A stretch of DNA of 64,000 nt, taken from the NCBI GenBank assembly GCA_004376575.1, contig SOJN01000075.1:15842-79841 (forward strand), read 5' to 3'. The notes below the pieces were generated by a model, which was not told where the DNA came from, did not search any database, and was given only the letters and a program-made list of their open reading frames with translations. This DNA comes from a candidate division TA06 bacterium (lineage in GTDB: Bacteria > Hydrothermota > DG-26 > E44-bin18). Position numbers and translations under genes: made by a program. Below are positions 58,947 to 64,000 of the stretch, in pieces (position 1 is the stretch's first letter; every line of letters starts with the position of its first letter).

Positions 58947-60118
58947 ATAAGGTGCCTGGCAAGCGCCAGGAATCTTGGAGAAGATTTTATCAATGGGACC
59001 ACGAGCTGCCGCGGCCTTAGTTCCCTCACGATCTTTCCATCGAAATACTTCTCCACAAAGTCAAAGATTGTTTCGAAATCATCGTCTGTTAATTTGAGGA
59101 AAACTTCGCGCGCCCTGGCTCTATACCTGAGGTCCTTGCCATGCTTTTTGTTCCATTCCTTCTCATATTGGGAGAGCGCCTTTCTGGATACATCGCCTTC
59201 TTTAGAACATCGGGCCGCAACTCTGCCTGCAATCGCTGCTGAAAAAAGTCCATTCGCAATGCCTGCGCCTGTCATCGGGTCTGACACCCTGGCAGCATCC
59301 CCCACCAGCATAACGGCATCACCCACCAGACGGTCTGCAGGAGATGTTGGGACACTACCTGATATTGTTTCCAGCTTGCTGGCATGCGGAAACCTCTTTT
59401 CCACAAGCTCATCCAGATATTCAAACGGTTTCTTCTTCGTCAGGTGCGGAGATATGCCCAAGCCAACATTGGCAGTGGCTTCGCTCTTGGGAAAAATCCA
59501 GGCATAACCCCCAGGTGCTACTTCATTACCGGCAAGGAACTCTGTATATCCGAGATCGACCTCAACCCTCCCCAGAAGGTACTCGGCGCAGGCATGATAG
59601 TCTTCTGGCAACAGTTCCCCATATATCGACGTCCACCGGGCAACCCTTGAATTTACGCCATCTGCACCGATCAACACCTTTGAACGAACCACCTTCTTGT
59701 TACCCCTGTGTGAAACTTCAACTCCCACGACCCTGTGATTCTCTGACAGAAGCCCAACCACCTCAGCATTGGTCAACAGGCACGCACCCGCCTGTACTGC
59801 CATGGCCGCAAGATCCCTGTCAAACATCTTCCTCTCCAGTATATAGCCTGCATCTGGATGTTCTATCTTGCAAGAGCGGCCGCTGGGAGTTGTCACTATG
59901 GCCCCCACAACCTCAGTCGCTATCCAGGAGGGTTTTGGCGCCATCAGCGAGTTGAGAACAGGCTTGCTTATCCCCTCTGCGCAGGCAACCGGGACGCCAA
60001 TGGCCCTTTTCTTCTCCACAACAAGAACGCTCGCACCCAGTTCGGCTGCTACCTTCGCTGCCATGGACCCACTTGGGCCTGCACCCACAACCACAATATC
60101 GTATTCCTTATCGAGCAC
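58943..60118 (-). CDS. geranylgeranyl reductase family FAD-dependent oxidoreductase (digeranylgeranylglycerophospholipid-reductase-like)
   Basis: 391 aa; 'YDIVVVGAGPSGSMAA' FAD-binding dinucleotide motif, 'LIGADGVNS', 'GDAA' motifs of the GGR/ChlP family; translationally coupled to the PcrB/GGGPS gene. Confidence 0.8.
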   Translation of the reverse strand: MLDKEYDIVVVGAGPSGSMAAKVAAELGASVLVVEKKRAIGVPVACAEGISKPVLNSLMAPKPSWIATEVVGAIVTTPSGRSCKIEHPDAGYILERKMFDRDLAAMAVQAGACLLTNAEVVGLLSENHRVVGVEVSHRGNKKVVRSKVLIGADGVNSRVARWTSIYGELLPEDYHACAEYLLGRVEVDLGYTEFLAGNEVAPGGYAWIFPKSEATANVGLGISPHLTKKKPFEYLDELVEKRFPHASKLETISGSVPTSPADRLVGDAVMLVGDAARVSDPMTGAGIANGLFSAAIAGRVAARCSKEGDVSRKALSQYEKEWNKKHGKDLRYRARAREVFLKLTDDDFETIFDFVEKYFDGKIVRELRPRQLVVPLIKSSPRFLALARHLM

Positions 60119-62705
60119 TTTTGAGCAGATCCTTCACTATTTGAGGAACACGGCCTATTGCCTCATCAATCTTCCCGACGTCCTTGCCTCCAGCCTCTGC
60201 AAGAGTAGGCTTCCCACCACCTCCGCCTCCAGTCACCTTCGCCACCTCTCTTGCCACATCACCCGCCTTTAGCCGATTTGTCAAATTATCTGTAACAAAA
60301 GCAACAAAGACCGCCTTTCCCTCTATTTCGGATCCGAACACACCCACACACTTCCCCTTGACCCTTGCCCTGGCCTGGTCAGCCATTTGTCTCAGGCCGA
60401 CTATGTCACTGAACTCAACCCTCGAGGCCATCACCTGTATCCCTTCTACCAACCTTGCTTTTCCCACAAGTTTCACGGCGAAAGCTGATGCCAGTTTGGA
60501 TTCGAGCTGTCTCACCCTTTTCTTCAGGATCTTCTGTTCCTGGAGAAGTTTTTGAAGCTTGTTTTCTAAGTCTTCCGTCGTAGAACCCAGAGCATCCGAA
60601 ACTCTAGAAAGTACTTCTTCCTCCTTCTTCATGTGCTCGTAGGCTCCTCTTCCCGTCATTGCCTCTATTCTTCTTATGCCGGCTGCAACTGCACTTTCAG
60701 AGACAATCCTGAACAATCCGATTTCGCCAGTAGCATCAAGGTGCGTTCCGCCGCAGAGCTCGGCGGAGAAGTCACCTACCCTCATGACTCTCACATCATC
60801 ACCATATTTCTCACCAAACAGGGCGATAGCCCCCATCCCTTTGGTCGCTTCGTCATAGGTGGTGTTTACAGACACAACAGACAGGTTCCCCCTCACCTTG
60901 GAGTTTACCATCTCTTCTACCCGGTCAATCTCTCTTCTTGTCAACGGATTGTAGTGGGTAAAATCAAATCTGAGTCTTTCAGGCTCCACAAGCGAACCTT
61001 CCTGCCTGACGTGCTTTCCCAGGACGACCCTCAGGACACCCTGCAAAATGTGAGTCGCTGTATGGTTTCTGGCAATGTCTTTCCTCCTCTCGCAGTCAAC
61101 CTCAGCTGTCACCGTCCCGCCTTTAACCTCACCCCTTTCCAGTTTCCCCACATGGACTACTCCATGATCTGTCCATATTGTGTTGGTCACCTTCACCTCG
61201 AAATCATCAGAGTATATTCGGCCTGTGTCGCCAACCTGCCCGCCCGCCTCTGCGTAGAATGGAGTCTTGTCCAGTCTCATTTCCACGTCCCCATTGCTTA
61301 CTCGCCATCCAATAATCCGTGCCTGAATCGAGATTCTCTCATAGCCTACAAACTCGGCTTCCTCTCCCTCCAGACCCTCCCAACCTTCTCCCATGTCTGC
61401 CGATTGAAACCTGGAGGCAGCTCTTGCTCTCTCTTTTTGAGCAGCCATCTTCTCTTCGAATTCTTTGAGATCGACTCGAAGACCTCTCTCCCCGGCAATC
61501 TCCAATGTCATATCTATGGGAAAACCATAGGTGTCGTACAGTCGGAAGGCGTCGTCGCCGGATATTACACCACTGCCAGTGGAAGTTATCTCCTCGAACA
61601 GCGCCAGGCCCTGATTCAGGGTTCTGAAAAACCTTTCCTCCTCACTCTTTATGATCAAGGACACTTGTTCCCTTCTCTCCACCAGTTCAGGATAAGGCTC
61701 CTTCATCACATCTGTGACCGTCCCCACAAGTCTATACAGGAAAGGTTCCTCGGTCCCGAGGAATACTCCCCTTCTTAGCGCTCTCCGTAGTAGTCTTCTG
61801 AGAACATACCCCCTGCCTTCATTCGATGGTATGACCCCCTCGGCACATGCAAATGTGAGAGCTCTTATGTGGTCAACTATTACATTGAAAGCTACTTTAT
61901 CTTTTGAGTAACTCACGTCGAGGGCCCTGACCGCCTCATCGATTATTGGAGAAAAGAGATCCGTATCGAATATACTATTGCCGCCCTGCATGGAGACTGC
62001 GAGCCTCTCCATACCCATACCAGTATCGATCCCCCTGTTCGCCAAAGGAATCATCTGGCCCTTTTCCGTCTTTTCAAATTGAGGAAAGACCAGGTTCCAC
62101 AATTCAAAGTACCTATCGCAGTCACACCCCGGCTGGCAGGTCTCCTTCCCGCATCCAAATTCTTCTCCCATGTCATAGAAGATTTCAGAACAGGGTCCGC
62201 ATGGCCCGGTGGCACCAGCCGGACCCCAGAAGTTGTCTTCCTTGCCAAGTCTGTAGATGATCGAACTGTTTAAGCCGATATGTTTGTGCCACAAATCGTA
62301 AGCTTCGTCATCTTCTTCATAGATGGACACTGAGAGCCGCTCTACTGGAATCTTGAGAACCTCGAGAAGGAACTCCCATGCCCATTCAATCCCCTCTTTC
62401 TTGAAGTAGTCGCCGAAGGAAAAGTTACCCAGCATTTCGAAAAAGGTGTTGTGCCGCACGGTCTTGCCGACACTTTCTAGGTCGCTCACCCTCAAGCATT
62501 TTTGCACTGAGGCAGCGCGGGTATAAGGCAAAGGTACGAGCCCAGTGTAGTAAGACTTGAACTGGACCATACCCGCACTGGTAAACAGAAGACTGGGATC
62601 TCTCTGAGGAACAAGAGGCGAACCGTCTACGATCTTGTGATCTCTTTCCTCAAAGAATTCAAAGAATCTTTTTCTCAGTTCATTCGATGTCATTCTCTCG
62701 ATCAT
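60108..62705 (-). CDS. alaS: alanine--tRNA ligase
   Basis: 865 aa; class II motifs, editing-domain 'HTATH...H' and C-terminal DHHA1-like region. Confidence 0.95.
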   Translation of the reverse strand: MIERMTSNELRKRFFEFFEERDHKIVDGSPLVPQRDPSLLFTSAGMVQFKSYYTGLVPLPYTRAASVQKCLRVSDLESVGKTVRHNTFFEMLGNFSFGDYFKKEGIEWAWEFLLEVLKIPVERLSVSIYEEDDEAYDLWHKHIGLNSSIIYRLGKEDNFWGPAGATGPCGPCSEIFYDMGEEFGCGKETCQPGCDCDRYFELWNLVFPQFEKTEKGQMIPLANRGIDTGMGMERLAVSMQGGNSIFDTDLFSPIIDEAVRALDVSYSKDKVAFNVIVDHIRALTFACAEGVIPSNEGRGYVLRRLLRRALRRGVFLGTEEPFLYRLVGTVTDVMKEPYPELVERREQVSLIIKSEEERFFRTLNQGLALFEEITSTGSGVISGDDAFRLYDTYGFPIDMTLEIAGERGLRVDLKEFEEKMAAQKERARAASRFQSADMGEGWEGLEGEEAEFVGYERISIQARIIGWRVSNGDVEMRLDKTPFYAEAGGQVGDTGRIYSDDFEVKVTNTIWTDHGVVHVGKLERGEVKGGTVTAEVDCERRKDIARNHTATHILQGVLRVVLGKHVRQEGSLVEPERLRFDFTHYNPLTRREIDRVEEMVNSKVRGNLSVVSVNTTYDEATKGMGAIALFGEKYGDDVRVMRVGDFSAELCGGTHLDATGEIGLFRIVSESAVAAGIRRIEAMTGRGAYEHMKKEEEVLSRVSDALGSTTEDLENKLQKLLQEQKILKKRVRQLESKLASAFAVKLVGKARLVEGIQVMASRVEFSDIVGLRQMADQARARVKGKCVGVFGSEIEGKAVFVAFVTDNLTNRLKAGDVAREVAKVTGGGGGGKPTLAEAGGKDVGKIDEAIGRVPQIVKDLLKSAR

Positions 62706-63330
62706 CCTTCAGATGCTCAATCACCCATTTCGAAATCTCGTAGCTGAAGCCTCGTCTTGACAGATAACCCAATAGTCGGCGCTTGAGGTCCCTCGCCTCA
62801 AGCCCCTTGAGTGAAGCCAGCCTCTTTCTGCCCAAAGAGAGAGCAATTCCTTTCTCGTCGAACTCACCTTTTAACTCGTTCTCTGCCTGTCCTGCAATCT
62901 CCTTCTCTACGCCCTTCTTTTGCAGCTCCCTCCTTATTGCATAGAAAGACCTCGGATTCAACTCCATCCTGGTTCTGATCCACGACTTCGCGAACTCAAG
63001 GTCATCTATTAGTCCAACATCTTCAAGATCATCTGCCAGTTCATCAATCGTATTTTCATCAAAACCTTTTTGCTTGAGCCTGCTCGCCAACTCATGTCTT
63101 GAACGCATTCTATATGAGAGGAGGTTCAATGCGTATCTTTTTGCCTTCAGTTTCTCTTCGGTCAGGATTATTCGGGCGATTTCTTCTTCATCTACCTCCA
63201 TTCCCTCTATCAGGCCAAGCCTCGATATCACCTCCTCATCCACACCACAGAAGAAATCTCCGTCCAGAAATATCGAGCGCCTGTTTGAGCGCTTCTTCTG
63301 AACCTCGATCTTGGTGATGCTTTTGCTCAT
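62680..63330 (-). CDS. recX: recombination regulator RecX
   Basis: 216 aa triple-helical-repeat protein between recA and alaS; typical RecX length and basic/acidic periodicity. Confidence 0.8.
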   Translation of the reverse strand: MSKSITKIEVQKKRSNRRSIFLDGDFFCGVDEEVISRLGLIEGMEVDEEEIARIILTEEKLKAKRYALNLLSYRMRSRHELASRLKQKGFDENTIDELADDLEDVGLIDDLEFAKSWIRTRMELNPRSFYAIRRELQKKGVEKEIAGQAENELKGEFDEKGIALSLGRKRLASLKGLEARDLKRRLLGYLSRRGFSYEISKWVIEHLKDDRENDIE

Positions 63331-63348
63331 GTGGGCATGCTACTGACG

Positions 63349-64000
63349 CTAACTTTCCTCCTTGGGCCTCGCGGCTTCGGCTTTCTTTCTAACAATAGGA
63401 AGGCCAAGTGCTTCTCTAACCTTCTTCTCTATGTCAGCCAGAACCGAAGGGTTCTCCTTCAGAAATGATCTTGCGTTGTCTCTGCCCTGGCCTATCCTTT
63501 CATCGCCGTAGCTGTACCAGGTCCCTGATTTCTCAACAATCTTATTTTCAACGCCAAGGTCTAGCACCTCGGCCTCACGGGAGATCCCCTCACCAAAATA
63601 TATGTCAAAGGTTGCATCCCTGAATGGAGGCGCAAGTTTGTTTTTTACTACTCTGACGACGACCTGGTTCCCAACGCTCTGGTCGCCTACCTTGATTGCG
63701 CTTGTCCTTCTTATCTGTAGTCTTACCGATGAGTGAAACTTCAGAGCCAGCCCTCCAGGAGTTGTCATGGGATTGCCAAACATCACACCTATCTTGTATC
63801 TCACCTGATTGACAAAAATGGCACATGTGTTTGACTTGCTTATCACGGCGGTCAGCTTTCTTAGCGCCTGGGACATCAGCCTGGCCTGAAGACCAACATG
63901 AACATCACCCATTTCTCCCTCTATCTCGGCTTTGGGGACCAGCGCTGCAACAGAATCGATAACCGTAACATCGACTCCTCCGCTTCTGACCAGCATTTCT
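63349..64000 (-). CDS. recA: recombinase RecA (C-terminal ~215 codons; N-terminus lies beyond the window edge)
   Basis: '[36 protein letters not shown]' L2 region, '[21 protein letters not shown]' motifs; ORF runs off the window. Confidence 0.95.
   Translation of the reverse strand, partial: EMLVRSGGVDVTVIDSVAALVPKAEIEGEMGDVHVGLQARLMSQALRKLTAVISKSNTCAIFVNQVRYKIGVMFGNPMTTPGGLALKFHSSVRLQIRRTSAIKVGDQSVGNQVVVRVVKNKLAPPFRDATFDIYFGEGISREAEVLDLGVENKIVEKSGTWYSYGDERIGQGRDNARSFLKENPSVLADIEKKVREALGLPIVRKKAEAARPKEES

Noticed and set aside
60633-61778. 381-aa plus-strand ORF
   Set aside because: Antisense to alaS; no protein-like features

Overview
This is a 64 kb bacterial chromosomal window of roughly 50% GC. 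Every recognisable gene, about 65 CDS plus one tRNA, lies on the minus strand; all long plus-strand ORFs are antisense shadows. Most of the window is housekeeping genes in a Bacillus-like order: nrnA-rbfA-DUF503-infB-nusA-rimP-proS, an ORF-free gap, then dxr-cdsA-uppS-frr-pyrH-tsf-rpsB and rpsI-rplM. Further along come split hldE-like genes, guaB-dapF, argF, hslUV-xerC, topA, rluD-like-rph, rplI-rpsR-ssb-rpsF, ychF overlapping hppA, pth-rplY-prs, tRNA-Gln(TTG), ispE-gmhA-rfbD, alaS-recX-recA. Accessory content falls into five groups. (1) A type-IV-pilin island: prepilin peptidase and three pilin paralogs, two of them a recent tandem duplicate with identical terminators, sigma-54 promoters on two of the three, and a 707-aa polytopic GT-C-like membrane protein wedged between pilins; this is a candidate pilin-glycosylation locus. 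(2) Type IX secretion signatures: a PorV/PorQ-like barrel and two cargo proteins with the Por C-terminal sorting domain, pointing to an FCB-superphylum-like lineage. (3) A translationally coupled PcrB/GGGPS (glycerol-1-phosphate prenyltransferase) and geranylgeranyl reductase pair, i.e. archaeal-type ether-lipid genes. (4) A small outer-membrane-protein cluster flanked by dispersed short repeats. (5) A two-copy inverted-repeat (MITE-like or operator-like) element. No CRISPR array, IS element or transposase was seen. All assignments rest on motif recognition by eye; none has been confirmed by a database search.
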